DNA of 64,000 bases from a virus. The notes under the pieces are model-generated. The model worked only from the letters and a program-made list of their open reading frames with translations, was not told the origin of the DNA and did not search any database. This document shows positions 26,536 to 36,048 of this stretch, piece after piece. The DNA is taken from the IMG/VR virus record IMGVR_UViG_3300017989_000002. One strand, given 5' to 3'. Position 1 is the first letter of the stretch, and every line of letters begins with the position of its first letter. Made by a program: the position numbers and the translations under genes.

Positions 26536-27320
26536 CAGATGACCCCGAGGATCTCGGCGCCATCCTTGGCGTCGACCTTCGTCGCACCGAAGGCCCCGGT
26601 ACGGCGCATGCCGGCCCGGGTCTCACCGCGGCCGCGCTGGATGTCCAGCACCGACTTGACGGCGCTCATGGGCACGTTGGGCGGCCCGCCCTCGTAGCTG
26701 GAGCCGTAGGACGCAAGCTGCCGCACCGCGGAAGCCGCGAGCATGGGCTCACCCGAGAGGTAGGGACTGGCGCGGTCGAGCGCGTCGAAGGCGGCGCGCG
26801 CATGAGGCAGGTCCTGCAGGTCGTTGTCGAACTTGACCACCCGACGCCACCGGCTCTGGCGGGTCTTGGCACGCATCCCGTCCTTGATGCCCTGGAAGCC
26901 GGCCTCGGCTCCGGAGCTCAAGCCCTCGATGGCCTGGTTGCCCAGCGCGAGGCCCGCGCCGAGCAGGAACAGCTCGTGAGGCTTGGGCAGGCGGGCGGCC
27001 TGCTTCTCCAGCTCCTCCTGCTCGTAGAGGCGGGAGGCTCCAGGCAGTACGGCGGCTGACTTCGCCATCGACGTGTTCGGCATGAGGGTCCTCTTGAGCT
27101 GCTGCGCCTGGCGGCGGGAGAGTTCGCGGTTGATCTTGCGCTTGGCCTTGGCTTCGGGGGGCGTCTTGAGGGCCGGCACCGTGAGAGCCAGCCCGCCTAC
27201 GCCCATCGCGGTCTGGCCAGGGGAGTGTACTACCCCGTGCGCCAGCGCGTCACCGGTCTTGGCGGTGAGGTTGATGCCCTTCTTCAGGCCCCACCCAAGG
27301 ACTCCGGCGTGCTTGTCCAT
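26535..27320 (-). CDS. Basic KxA-motif virion protein (MDKHAGV...)
   Basis: DKHAG, AKSAA, LEKQAA; TGATG coupling. Confidence 0.65.
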   Translation of the reverse strand: MDKHAGVLGWGLKKGINLTAKTGDALAHGVVHSPGQTAMGVGGLALTVPALKTPPEAKAKRKINRELSRRQAQQLKRTLMPNTSMAKSAAVLPGASRLYEQEELEKQAARLPKPHELFLLGAGLALGNQAIEGLSSGAEAGFQGIKDGMRAKTRQSRWRRVVKFDNDLQDLPHARAAFDALDRASPYLSGEPMLAASAVRQLASYGSSYEGGPPNVPMSAVKSVLDIQRGRGETRAGMRRTGAFGATKVDAKDGAEILGVI

Positions 27321-28189
27321 CACATCCGCCGGTAGGTGCGGGACGCCTCCAGGTGCTCCTGCCGGGCCTGCTCCATGTTCTGCTGTCGCGAGTAGTGGGT
27401 GGTGGCCATGGTCTCGAGAGACAGGGCCGCGGCCAGGATGGGGTGCTCGTGGTCGATGACCAGGACCTCCGCAGAGGCGACCTTCTCCTGCTCGTCGGTG
27501 AGGCGGTACCACCCCTCCCGGTCGGCACGCGTCGCGATCTGCTGGACGAGGCGCGCACCGAACTGCGAGCTCTCGCAGGTGTCCATGACGGCGCGGCCCA
27601 TCTGGCCGAGGCTGTGGCCGTGCTCGAGGTGGGCCTGCTTCACCATCTGGTAGAGCTCCTCGCCCGTCGAAGACATCGCCAGCGTGAGCCGGTCGACGTC
27701 GTGACGTGCCCGCTCCATCCGTCCTTCGATGCGGGCGACGTCGCGCCAGCCGACCTTGGCCGATGCCACCTTCTCCTGCTCTGGCTCGGACAGGCCGAAC
27801 ATCGAGTAGAGGTCGCCCTCGGGTGCGTCGACGCGCCCGGGAGGTTCCTGGGCGTAGTCGAGGACGGGCATGCCCATGTCCTCGGGCGTCCGGTCGAGGG
27901 AGCCGATGACCTCGTCGGGGTTGGCGGGCTCGAACTGGGAGCGCTCGCCGCTCGACTTCGTGTGTGCCCACACCGCCTGGTTGCCGGACTCCGCGACCCG
28001 GCGAGCGTGCTCGGGGTTGAGGTCGGCCTCCTTCACGATCTCGGTGACGGCCTCCGTCATGGTCCCGCTCTCCCCGTCCAGGAAGCGGCGAGCCGCCTGC
28101 TTGCCGAGGAGCTGAACGGGCACGGTCTCCCGGCGCTCCGCCACCTTGATGTGGGCCAGCTTCTCCATGAAGGTCTCTTCGGCGCTCAT
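27320..28189 (-). CDS. KxA-motif helical head protein (MSAEETFMEKLA...)
   Basis: MEKLA, IKVA, GKQAA, QEKVAS twice; AGGAGG RBS. Confidence 0.7.
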   Translation of the reverse strand: MSAEETFMEKLAHIKVAERRETVPVQLLGKQAARRFLDGESGTMTEAVTEIVKEADLNPEHARRVAESGNQAVWAHTKSSGERSQFEPANPDEVIGSLDRTPEDMGMPVLDYAQEPPGRVDAPEGDLYSMFGLSEPEQEKVASAKVGWRDVARIEGRMERARHDVDRLTLAMSSTGEELYQMVKQAHLEHGHSLGQMGRAVMDTCESSQFGARLVQQIATRADREGWYRLTDEQEKVASAEVLVIDHEHPILAAALSLETMATTHYSRQQNMEQARQEHLEASRTYRRM

Positions 28190-28254
28190 CGAGCCTCCTG
28201 CATCATCGAGAGGGTAGGGCGTTACGATCCCCCCGACAATGCCGGAGGTGGTGG

Positions 28255-28839
28255 TTGGCACTCTACTACACCGAGGACGAGGCGGCCTCTCTGACGGGGG
28301 TAGACGCGCAGGAACTCGCGGTCTTCCGCAGGCAGGGAGCGCTGTCTTCCACGCATCAGGGAGGGCAGGTCCTCTACGCCCAGGAGGACATCGATGCTCT
28401 GGTCGAGGACCTCGCGAACCCTGCGCGGCTCCGCCAGGACCTCTGCAGGCTGCTGCGACGCGTCGAGATCTTGGAGCACGAGGCCGCCCTCCGCTCGAGG
28501 TACGCGACCCACCCCCCAAGAGCAGTCCCCACAGCCCAGGCCAGGGCCGCTCGGCGCGCGGAGAGGGAGGAAGACGTCCCTCCCTGGTCCGTCGAGCAGG
28601 TGCTCGCCGCCGTGTCGGAGGCGATGCGCACCTCTGTCGACGAGACGGTCCTCGACTTGGAGCAGCACGGTGACGATGCGCTGGGAGACCTCGACCGACG
28701 CCTTCAGAGGATGCGGCGGCACCTCGAGGACGAGCGCCGACTGGACATGCCCGACGTCTACGCGCTCATCGAGGACGCTCAGGTCCGTATCGAGGCCCTC
28801 CGCACGCACGCTCGGAGGCGGATCTCGGCCGGTTCGTGA
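28255..28839 (+). CDS. MerR/excisionase-type HTH DNA-binding protein
   Basis: YYTEDEAASLTGV...RRQG...VLYAQEDIDAL followed by coiled coil. Confidence 0.65.
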   Translation: MALYYTEDEAASLTGVDAQELAVFRRQGALSSTHQGGQVLYAQEDIDALVEDLANPARLRQDLCRLLRRVEILEHEAALRSRYATHPPRAVPTAQARAARRAEREEDVPPWSVEQVLAAVSEAMRTSVDETVLDLEQHGDDALGDLDRRLQRMRRHLEDERRLDMPDVYALIEDAQVRIEALRTHARRRISAGS

Positions 28840-28865
28840 ACAGTGAAAAACCGTGCTCCAATGCA

Positions 28866-28882
28866 CAATAAGGAGAATGGAG
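28866..28882 (+). promoter_or_regulatory. Variant of the AYAAG...TGGAG promoter motif
   Basis: CAATAAGgagaaTGGAG in AT-rich gap upstream of ATG 28927. Confidence 0.5.
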
Positions 28883-28926
28883 GACGGAGAACCCGCCCCC
28901 CTGAACCACTGCCGAGGAACACCATC

Positions 28927-29241
28927 ATGCCCGACGAGAAGAAGACCGAGACCACCGAGACCACCACCACCGAGGAGAACGTCCTCGTCAAGGCCGAGAC
29001 CGTCAAGGACCTGGGCGGCCTGAAGGCGGGCCAGACCCTCGAGGTCACCGACGCCACGCTCAAGGCCATGCGCAACCGCCGCATCCTGGACATCGCCACC
29101 ACCGCCGCCATCGGCACCGTCACCACCGTCGCCGCCGGCGTCGGCGGCTACAAGTACGGTGTCAGCCAGGGCCTCGCCCAGGCCGAGGCCGACCTGGCCG
29201 GTGCCGACAACGTCGAGCCCCTGATGGCCGCGCACGGCTGA
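28927..29241 (+). CDS. Small membrane-anchored protein (MPDEKKTETT...)
   Basis: GAGG RBS; strong codon bias; one hydrophobic segment. Confidence 0.7.
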   Translation: MPDEKKTETTETTTTEENVLVKAETVKDLGGLKAGQTLEVTDATLKAMRNRRILDIATTAAIGTVTTVAAGVGGYKYGVSQGLAQAEADLAGADNVEPLMAAHG

Positions 29242-29255
29242 TGCTGTGCGGCGGC

Positions 29256-29309
29256 GCCGCCCGTCCCCACCGTGGGGGCGGGCGGTGGCTCGCGCCCCCG
29301 TTCTTCTTC
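29256..29309. terminator. GC hairpin between convergent genes
   Basis: GCCGCCCGTCCCCAC-c-GTGGGGGCGGGCGGT followed by TTCTTCTT. Confidence 0.5.
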
Positions 29310-29310
29310 G

Positions 29311-30984
29311 CTACGACACAGCGTTGATCAGGTCCTTCCGGCGGACGTCGTTCATCGAGACGAGCAGGGCGTAGACCATCGTGTGCAGGAAGTCGTCGGG
29401 CTGGGTCCGGGGGTGGTCGTACACGATCTGGCGGCGCAGCCGGCTGTACTCGCTGTAGACGGCGAGGATGTCGTTGGCGTACGGCTCGAAGTCCTCCCAG
29501 TTCGGGAAGCACGTCCCCTGGCTCACCGGCCCCCTCTTGATGAGCTCGAAGGCCAGGGCCAGGACGCGCGACCGGTGGGTGGTGTAGACGTTGCGGTCGC
29601 CGTCGTACTTCACCAGCTTGGCCTGCCCGTCGGAGTGCTGGAACTGGTGGAAGCGCTCCGCGCCGAAGGCCTTGAGGAGGTGGCGGTTCGTCTCGAAGCC
29701 GAAGCCCCAGTCTGCCCCGATGCGGTTGACGCCGTACCGCTTGCAGATCTTCTCCATGTCGCGCCAGGAGTAGTCGGGGTCCGCCTCGTGCCCGACGTAC
29801 TTCTTCGCGAAGATGCACCGGAAGCGGCCGTAGCTGTCGTAGCCCCAGATGGACAGGACCGAGAAGGAGGCGTCGCCGGTGCCCCAGTCGATGCCCGCCC
29901 ACTTCGCGCTCTGCCGGAACATGGAGGTGGGCTTGTCCACGAACTCCAGGTCGGGGAGGGCGCAGCGCCGGACCTGCTGGAAGGTGACGGGCTTCGTGCC
30001 GCTGTCGTGGCTGCGGGCGAAGACCTCGTTCTGTAGCTTGCCGCGAGGGTAGTTCTGGACCTTGTGGAGCAGGGTCTCCCACTTCCGCCAGAAGATCTTG
30101 GGCTGGTCTCTGTACACGTACTCGACGATGGGCTGAGGAACCCGGAAGCCCTCCCACTCCGCGCTGCTGGCCCCGTGCCGTACCCACGTCCCCTGCGTCA
30201 TCGGGTCGAGCTCGCGGTCGCACTTCTTGCAGCACAGGCCCTCGGGGCGCACGTTCTCGATCTCGATGACGTTCCACGTCCGGCACCTGGTGCATCGGAC
30301 CATCCACTCGTTCTGGGTGCTGCGCCGCGCCCAGTAGTGCTCGATGCTGTTGTCGTAGGTCTTCGGCGTGCCGGCGTAGACCTTGAGGTCGCCCTCCTCG
30401 AAGGAGCAGGCGCGCGTGGTCTCCTCGATGACGGGCAGGCCGTCGAGGTACACATCCTGCAGCTCGTCGATGTACAGGTGGTCGCACATGACGCCGCGCG
30501 CTCGGTCCGGGCCCTTGTAGACGGAGCGCAGGTTGATCTTGGCCTGCCCCAGCCACCGCTTCGTCAGGACGTTCTGGACCTGGCTGCTCGACAGGTCCTT
30601 GAGGATCGGGCTGTCCTCGATGACCGCCCGCAGTCGCTCGTCGCTGAACTCGAGCATCTGCGTGTTCGAGGCCGTGACGTACAGGCTGCGCAGGTAGGGG
30701 ATGAGGTTCGACGTCGAGAGCAGGAGGTTGCCCAGCGTCGTGCTCTTCTCGGACTGACGCCCGAAGACCAGGAGGATGCGTCGCCGCCAGATCTCGCGCT
30801 CGATGTCCGAGTCGGTGTTCGGGAGAGGCGAGAACGGGAGGTTGTAGATGTGGTACAGCCAAGGGCGGTTCCCCAGCTCGATGGACTCGCCCTTGTGGTT
30901 CACCGCCATCTGGGTGAACTCGTAGGGAGTGAAGTCGATGGGCTCGTCGTACGCACCATCAACGGCTAGAGCAGAAGCACCCAT
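29311..30984 (-). CDS. terL: Terminase large subunit
   Basis: Walker A FGRQSEKST, Walker B LYIDELQD, motif III GTPK, CTRC/CKKC Zn insert, RNase H-like GIDWG...ADWG...PDDFLH. Confidence 0.9.
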   Translation of the reverse strand: MGASALAVDGAYDEPIDFTPYEFTQMAVNHKGESIELGNRPWLYHIYNLPFSPLPNTDSDIEREIWRRRILLVFGRQSEKSTTLGNLLLSTSNLIPYLRSLYVTASNTQMLEFSDERLRAVIEDSPILKDLSSSQVQNVLTKRWLGQAKINLRSVYKGPDRARGVMCDHLYIDELQDVYLDGLPVIEETTRACSFEEGDLKVYAGTPKTYDNSIEHYWARRSTQNEWMVRCTRCRTWNVIEIENVRPEGLCCKKCDRELDPMTQGTWVRHGASSAEWEGFRVPQPIVEYVYRDQPKIFWRKWETLLHKVQNYPRGKLQNEVFARSHDSGTKPVTFQQVRRCALPDLEFVDKPTSMFRQSAKWAGIDWGTGDASFSVLSIWGYDSYGRFRCIFAKKYVGHEADPDYSWRDMEKICKRYGVNRIGADWGFGFETNRHLLKAFGAERFHQFQHSDGQAKLVKYDGDRNVYTTHRSRVLALAFELIKRGPVSQGTCFPNWEDFEPYANDILAVYSEYSRLRRQIVYDHPRTQPDDFLHTMVYALLVSMNDVRRKDLINAVS

Positions 30985-31420
30985 GAACTTGGAATCCCTC
31001 CTACGAACGATGAACCGCCTGTCTGGCGATCGTATCCTGGCTGACGCCTCCCGCGACCAAGAGGGGGAGGTTCACCGGGCCACGATACCAGTAGTTGCAC
31101 GGGTCACGGGCCCCGAAAGGACCGAGGCAACCCTCCGTACCTACGCCAAGGACTGGGTCGTCAAGAAGTCGGTGGCGCCGCTTCGAGCACGGTGCACCTA
31201 CGAGGACCTCGATGCACCCAAGAAGTGGGAATACGACGACGGGACGCTAGAGGAGCGTCCCGTCGTGGGCATCATCGTCCTGACCTGGTGGCCTAGACCC
31301 CAGGAGGTCGAGTCCTGGTCCAGGAAGAAAGCAGGCGCGCAGCATCACCGTCCGGAGCGCACCCCTCCTGCAGCTGGACCCACGCCTTCCCCCGAGGCCA
31401 CTCCCGCCGACGAAGCATGA
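30983..31420 (+). CDS. Hypothetical protein (MNLESLLR...)
   Basis: Divergent from terL, fills the gap; 3' end overlaps convergent gene. Confidence 0.5.
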   Translation: MNLESLLRTMNRLSGDRILADASRDQEGEVHRATIPVVARVTGPERTEATLRTYAKDWVVKKSVAPLRARCTYEDLDAPKKWEYDDGTLEERPVVGIIVLTWWPRPQEVESWSRKKAGAQHHRPERTPPAAGPTPSPEATPADEA

Positions 31421-31802
31421 GCGTGCCCACGGGGGCGGCGTCGAAGTCGGGCTCGTCGTCCGACCAGTCGGTGAGGCGGGCGGGCCTGTCGTAGACCAGG
31501 GCGTGGCGATCCGGCACCTTGTCGGGGTCGTACGGGTCCTTGGGAGGGAAGAGGGCCACCCACCCGTCCGACTCCCTCACGGCCACGTACTGGTACCCGA
31601 CCAGGCGGTCCTTGTAGACCACCAAGGTCTTGATGGCGCCGACGGGACCCTCCTGGGTGCACACGAGGACGAAGGGTCCGGCGTCGTCTTCAGCACGGAG
31701 GACGCCGAGAGGCAGGTCGAGAGCCGGAGGGACCAGCCCGGGAAGGGCGGGCAGCGCGAGAGCTGCCGTCATGCCGAGGAGGAGGTCGCGTCTCGTCGGC
31801 AT
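31293..31802 (-). CDS. Hypothetical protein with twin-arginine-like signal peptide
   Basis: MPTRRDLLLGMTAALALPALP; TGATG coupling. Confidence 0.55.
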   Translation of the reverse strand: MPTRRDLLLGMTAALALPALPGLVPPALDLPLGVLRAEDDAGPFVLVCTQEGPVGAIKTLVVYKDRLVGYQYVAVRESDGWVALFPPKDPYDPDKVPDRHALVYDRPARLTDWSDDEPDFDAAPVGTLMLRRREWPRGKAWVQLQEGCAPDGDAARLLSSWTRTRPPGV

Positions 31803-32212
31803 CAGAAGTCCACCACGGTGTAGGTCACTCGGTAGATGGGTCCGTTCGAGCCTTCGATGTCGGTCTCGTGGATGCTCGACGGCTCGATGCGCGCGCCGCG
31901 GCGAGCCTGCCACTTCCCGATGTCGCCAGCGAGCGTGACGCCGGCGACATCGTCCAGCGTCAGGTTCTCGTCGTCGGCCTTCACGCTGACGACGAACTCG
32001 GTGGCCACCCCGCTGATGTAGAAGCGGTCACCCACCTCCACGTCTGCGAAGGCGTCGTTGGCGCCGCTGACGTCGGCCGAGGCCGCCGCCGCCGTGAGGC
32101 CCGTGCCGGTGCCCGCGTCGGGCTGGGGGGCGCCTGACGCGACCTTCGTGCCGTTCAGGAAGTCGAGGTAGGCGCGGACGCCTGTGAGGGTCTTGGTCGC
32201 GTAGAGGGCCAT
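31802..32212 (-). CDS. Putative structural protein
   Basis: Beta-rich, acidic; coupled within the late operon. Confidence 0.65.
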   Translation of the reverse strand: MALYATKTLTGVRAYLDFLNGTKVASGAPQPDAGTGTGLTAAAASADVSGANDAFADVEVGDRFYISGVATEFVVSVKADDENLTLDDVAGVTLAGDIGKWQARRGARIEPSSIHETDIEGSNGPIYRVTYTVVDF

Positions 32213-32817
32213 CAGCGTGCTCCGTGAGCCTTGTCGAGCTCGGTGAAGATCCGGTTGAGCAGCACGTCGCGGCCGACGGGGTTGGCGAGCTGCCCCTCGA
32301 CCTTGACGTACAGGGTGGGGCGGTAGGGGAGGGCGCCGAGCTCTTCCTCCTCGATGTCGGCCTGGTGAGGACGCACGATCCGCTGCTCGCGGCCCTCCAC
32401 CTGCGAGACGGCCTTCTGCTCGTCGACGTCGATGAGCTCGGCGAACACGACGGCCGTGCCGGGGAGGAAGTTCCCGAACACCTCATCGGCCGTCATGGCG
32501 AAGGAGGGCACGAGACCCATCTTGGTCTGCTCACGACCGCCTGGGAAGTCGTCCTGGTCGTCCGGCGGCCAGAACTGGTAGATCACGTCGTCCCCGCTCT
32601 CCGCGTAGTCGACGTCGAAGGACTCGCCTCGATGGCGCTTCCAGTCGAAGGCGACGGGCTTGACGCCGGCCTTGTCGACCGCTCCCTTCTCCTGCATGTC
32701 CTTCACGGCCTCGCGGCCACGGGCGATCTTGTCGAGATGCTCGGGGGTCAGGTCACCCCGCGTCTCCGGCGATGTCTGCTGCATCGAGTTCCTCCAGGTC
32801 TCCGCCCTGTATATCAT
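32212..32817 (-). CDS. Hypothetical protein (start may be ATG 32784)
   Basis: High GC3; GGAGG before MQQTS. Confidence 0.65.
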   Translation of the reverse strand: MIYRAETWRNSMQQTSPETRGDLTPEHLDKIARGREAVKDMQEKGAVDKAGVKPVAFDWKRHRGESFDVDYAESGDDVIYQFWPPDDQDDFPGGREQTKMGLVPSFAMTADEVFGNFLPGTAVVFAELIDVDEQKAVSQVEGREQRIVRPHQADIEEEELGALPYRPTLYVKVEGQLANPVGRDVLLNRIFTELDKAHGAR

Positions 32818-33601
32818 CGATGGACGGAATGGCAGGGATGTGGGCCCGGCCGAGCTTGAAGGTGCGTGCCTTCTCCCTCATGTCTGCGCCGGCACCGCCA
32901 CGCTGCTTGTCCCTCGCCTCGAGCAGCTTGCCCAGTCCGCCCATGAGCCGGATGGTGCCGGCATCGGGCATGCGGTCGACCTGCCTACGAGCTCGCTCGG
33001 CCAACTGGAGGCTGAGGTCCAGCGCTTCATCGAGGGCATCCTCTGGGGCAGGGAGGTCCGCCATGATGCCCACGGCACCCAGCGCGCTGCGCTCCTGGCC
33101 GTGCAGGGCGAAGTGCAGCTCGGGCCGGTTGTCCCCGTGCTGGGTGATGTAGGAGAACGCCTGCCGCGGCGACATCACCTCGAAGTTCCAGTAGATGTCG
33201 CGGTAGGCGGTGAGGACGGCGGCCGAGGGGACTCGGACGTTCTTCACCTGCTTCAGCAAGGCCCGCGTCTCTGCAGGGTCCGGGTTCAGGAGGAGGACGA
33301 CCTCGACCGCACGGCGGAGGCGGAACGAGGTCAGGATGTCCTTCGCCGAGCGGACCAGCGCAGTGTCGTGCCAGAGGCGCAGGACCTCGAGCTCCCGAAG
33401 CCACCGAGCGAACTCGAGGTCGTACCTGTTCAGGACCGGAGTCCAGCTGAGGGGGTACTCCGGGAAGGCATCACGACGCGCGACGAGCTCATCCTCAGTG
33501 GGGAGGTCCAGCCCGAGGCTCTCGCACTCCGCCCGGATCTGGGCGTCCGTCCACTGCTTCGACAGGAGGTACTTCAGGTACTTCTCGTGGGGGTACAGCA
33601 A
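32753..33601 (-). CDS. Hypothetical helical protein (terminase small subunit candidate)
   Basis: TTG start; helical; in the operon upstream of terL (positional inference only). Confidence 0.55.
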   Translation of the reverse strand: MLYPHEKYLKYLLSKQWTDAQIRAECESLGLDLPTEDELVARRDAFPEYPLSWTPVLNRYDLEFARWLRELEVLRLWHDTALVRSAKDILTSFRLRRAVEVVLLLNPDPAETRALLKQVKNVRVPSAAVLTAYRDIYWNFEVMSPRQAFSYITQHGDNRPELHFALHGQERSALGAVGIMADLPAPEDALDEALDLSLQLAERARRQVDRMPDAGTIRLMGGLGKLLEARDKQRGGAGADMREKARTFKLGRAHIPAIPSIDDIQGGDLEELDAADIAGDAG

Positions 33602-33604
33602 CGT

Positions 33605-34114
33605 CTACCCCCTGCCGGCAAAGCGCCCCAGCACGCTGCGGATCTTGCCGTCCGGGAAGATGGAGCTGAAGTCCAGGCCGGACCTGACGCCCTTGCCGAA
33701 CGACTCTCCGACCTCCCCGCTCTTGGCCGTGGCGGCGGCCACGATGTCGTCCGCGTGACGCTTGGACGCCGCGGCAGCCACCTCGTCGATGCGCGCGAGG
33801 GTCGGCTCGGCCACGTCGGTGACGAAGCGCTGCGCGCGAGACACGAGGGCCTTGCGCGCAGGAGCCATGCCGAGGCCCACGGCAGCGCCCGTGGCGATTG
33901 CCCCGGCTCCGGCCGTCAGCTTGCGGTTGAGCTCACGTCGCTTGAACTCGTCGGCCGTCATGCCCCGCTGCGCGCGCACGATCTGGTCCGTGCGGTACTG
34001 CGGCTTCTGGTTCGACCGGATGGCCGAGCCGGCCGCCAGGCCGGACAGCAAGGCAGCGCCCAGCGTGGTCTTCACGTTGGCCAGCTTCTCGAGTTCTGCG
34101 CGGAACGGATCCAT
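33605..34114 (-). CDS. KxA-leader basic Gly-zipper protein (MDPFRAELEKLA...)
   Basis: N-terminal FxxELEKLA; GAGAIATGAAVGLG. Confidence 0.7.
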   Translation of the reverse strand: MDPFRAELEKLANVKTTLGAALLSGLAAGSAIRSNQKPQYRTDQIVRAQRGMTADEFKRRELNRKLTAGAGAIATGAAVGLGMAPARKALVSRAQRFVTDVAEPTLARIDEVAAAASKRHADDIVAAATAKSGEVGESFGKGVRSGLDFSSIFPDGKIRSVLGRFAGRG

Positions 34115-36039
34115 CAGTGCACCTTGTGGTCGAGCTCCCGTAGGTCGGTGACCACGGACTGGAGCTGGGTCATCGCGTTCTTGGCCGACCGCTCCCTGAT
34201 GTCGTCGTACCCGAGTCGGGAGGCAACGAGCAACTCCGCGAGGTGAGACGCCGCCTTCTCGAGGTCCGGGAGGTAGCTGACGTACATGGACGCGTTCTCC
34301 GGCGTCACGAAGTCGAGGGAGAGCAGGCTGCTGGGCGACTGCCCCTTCATTCGCACGCCCGCCGACTTCATCAGCTCCTGGCCGTCCTCGTTGAACAGGT
34401 AGGCCACCGCGTCACGCCAGGTGGTCGAGCGGGGTGCCAGGTCACGCGGCGGCGCAGGAGTCGCCTCCTCGATGTCGCGCACGTTCGAGAACTCGACGGC
34501 TTCCCGGTAGAGGGACGCGTGCTTGAGCATGCCCCGGGCACGGTCTGGGGCGACACCAGCAGCGCCGAGGGCGAACATCACGCCGGCCTCGTCGTACTCG
34601 CCCTGGATGCGGGCGGGTCCCCACAGACGCCACGCCTCGCCGTCGGAGGCGACCTTCACCATCGACGGCATGCGGCGGAGGTCGAAGGCGGCGTCCTGCA
34701 CCATCGCGTCGTCGATGGTCTTCCGGCTGTCGACGTCGGGGTACGGGAGGAAGCCCATGTAGGCACCCGGCACCGGGAAGGCGTACTCGTTGCCGCCTAC
34801 GTGGGCGATCTTCTGCAGTTCGGGGAAGAAGTGGATGACGATGTCCTGTCCGCTACCGAGACGGGTGGCGACGCAGGCGTGCTTCTCGAAGGAGCCGACG
34901 AAGGACTTGATGAGCAGCGGCTCGTAGGCGACGCCTTGACCGTCGACGGGGACGACCCGGCCCGACGGACGGAAGGGCTCGATGCCGGGGTGCATGATCG
35001 TGTTGGCCGCCGCGACCTTCTCCGCCTCCGCGAACCAGCCGTCGCCGAGGACGAGCGTGCCGGGGAGCTGGGTGTGGTGCAGCGTCCGAACCTCCGGGAA
35101 GATGGAGGCGCGGACTCGACGCCCCCCGATGGAGACCTCGCCGACGCTGGCCTCCTGGACTGAAGCCAGCTTCTCGAGCTGGTCGATGTCGTCGACCGGG
35201 TTCGAGACGAGGGTCACGTAGCCGCGCTCCGCGAGCTCGCCCCAGCGATCTCCGACGAGCTTCTGGGCTGCGTCGTCGTCGATGCGCTTCGCGACAGGGG
35301 AGTAGGCCCCGCAGCTCGCGGTCTTGACCATGAGGTTGCCGGGCTTGCCGCTCACCTGCACGACGTCGGCGTCGGAAGGACCCACCGTCCCGGCATCGAC
35401 CGCAGCCGCGACCTCTCGGACGGTGGGCTCGATGCTGTGCGCGACCGGCTTGAGGTAGGCGGCGAGCTTCTCGAGGTCGAGGCGAGGGCCGATGCCCGCC
35501 CACACCGACGCCGTCTTCATCAGGGACCCGCTGCTCTGGTCAGCGCCGCCCATCCCGTAGCCCTGACCGGAGCCCATCGTACCGAAGCGAGAGGGGACGC
35601 TCAGGTCCAGCGCTCCGCGCCCTCCACGACCGGAACGCCTCGGCTCCGGACCCTCGAACAGCTCCGGGCTCTGCAGCGTGCTCTCGATGTCCTCCTGGCT
35701 GGCAGGGTGGGGCGTGCCCTCCTCGCCGCCCATGTACACGTCGAGCGGAGCCATCTCGCGCTCCTTGATGATGATCGGCATGGAGATGACGCGCTGCTTC
35801 GCGGCGGCAGCCTCCTTCGTCATCATCGTCGGGTAGACGATCACCGTGCCTACCGCTGTGCCCGACCCCTCGTCCTTGTCCTTGATGTCGACGTCCACGG
35901 AGTAGGACTTGAGGTAGGGGTGCTCCTTGTAGACCGCGTCGAGGACCTCCATGCCCCAGTCGTTGGGGTTCGAGCCCAGCTTGGTGCGGTAGGCCAGCTT
36001 CTCGAGGGACGTGTCGGGCTTGTGGAAGAGGGGCTTCAT
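34114..36039 (-). CDS. Large KxA-rich head/core protein
   Basis: At least 13 K-x-A-type sites in 641 aa. Confidence 0.75.
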   Translation of the reverse strand: MKPLFHKPDTSLEKLAYRTKLGSNPNDWGMEVLDAVYKEHPYLKSYSVDVDIKDKDEGSGTAVGTVIVYPTMMTKEAAAAKQRVISMPIIIKEREMAPLDVYMGGEEGTPHPASQEDIESTLQSPELFEGPEPRRSGRGGRGALDLSVPSRFGTMGSGQGYGMGGADQSSGSLMKTASVWAGIGPRLDLEKLAAYLKPVAHSIEPTVREVAAAVDAGTVGPSDADVVQVSGKPGNLMVKTASCGAYSPVAKRIDDDAAQKLVGDRWGELAERGYVTLVSNPVDDIDQLEKLASVQEASVGEVSIGGRRVRASIFPEVRTLHHTQLPGTLVLGDGWFAEAEKVAAANTIMHPGIEPFRPSGRVVPVDGQGVAYEPLLIKSFVGSFEKHACVATRLGSGQDIVIHFFPELQKIAHVGGNEYAFPVPGAYMGFLPYPDVDSRKTIDDAMVQDAAFDLRRMPSMVKVASDGEAWRLWGPARIQGEYDEAGVMFALGAAGVAPDRARGMLKHASLYREAVEFSNVRDIEEATPAPPRDLAPRSTTWRDAVAYLFNEDGQELMKSAGVRMKGQSPSSLLSLDFVTPENASMYVSYLPDLEKAASHLAELLVASRLGYDDIRERSAKNAMTQLQSVVTDLRELDHKVH

Positions 36040-36048
36040 GGAGGCATC

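Noticed and set aside
19480-28170. Recurrent DNA word ACCTTCTCGA suggesting a dispersed repeat or CRISPR-like array
   Set aside because: It is the reverse complement of codons for the (L/F)EKV peptide motif; irregular spacing, inside CDSs, no cas genes
28255-28839. Excisionase indicating an integrated prophage
   Set aside because: HTH type alone is insufficient; no integrase, att site or host genes in the window
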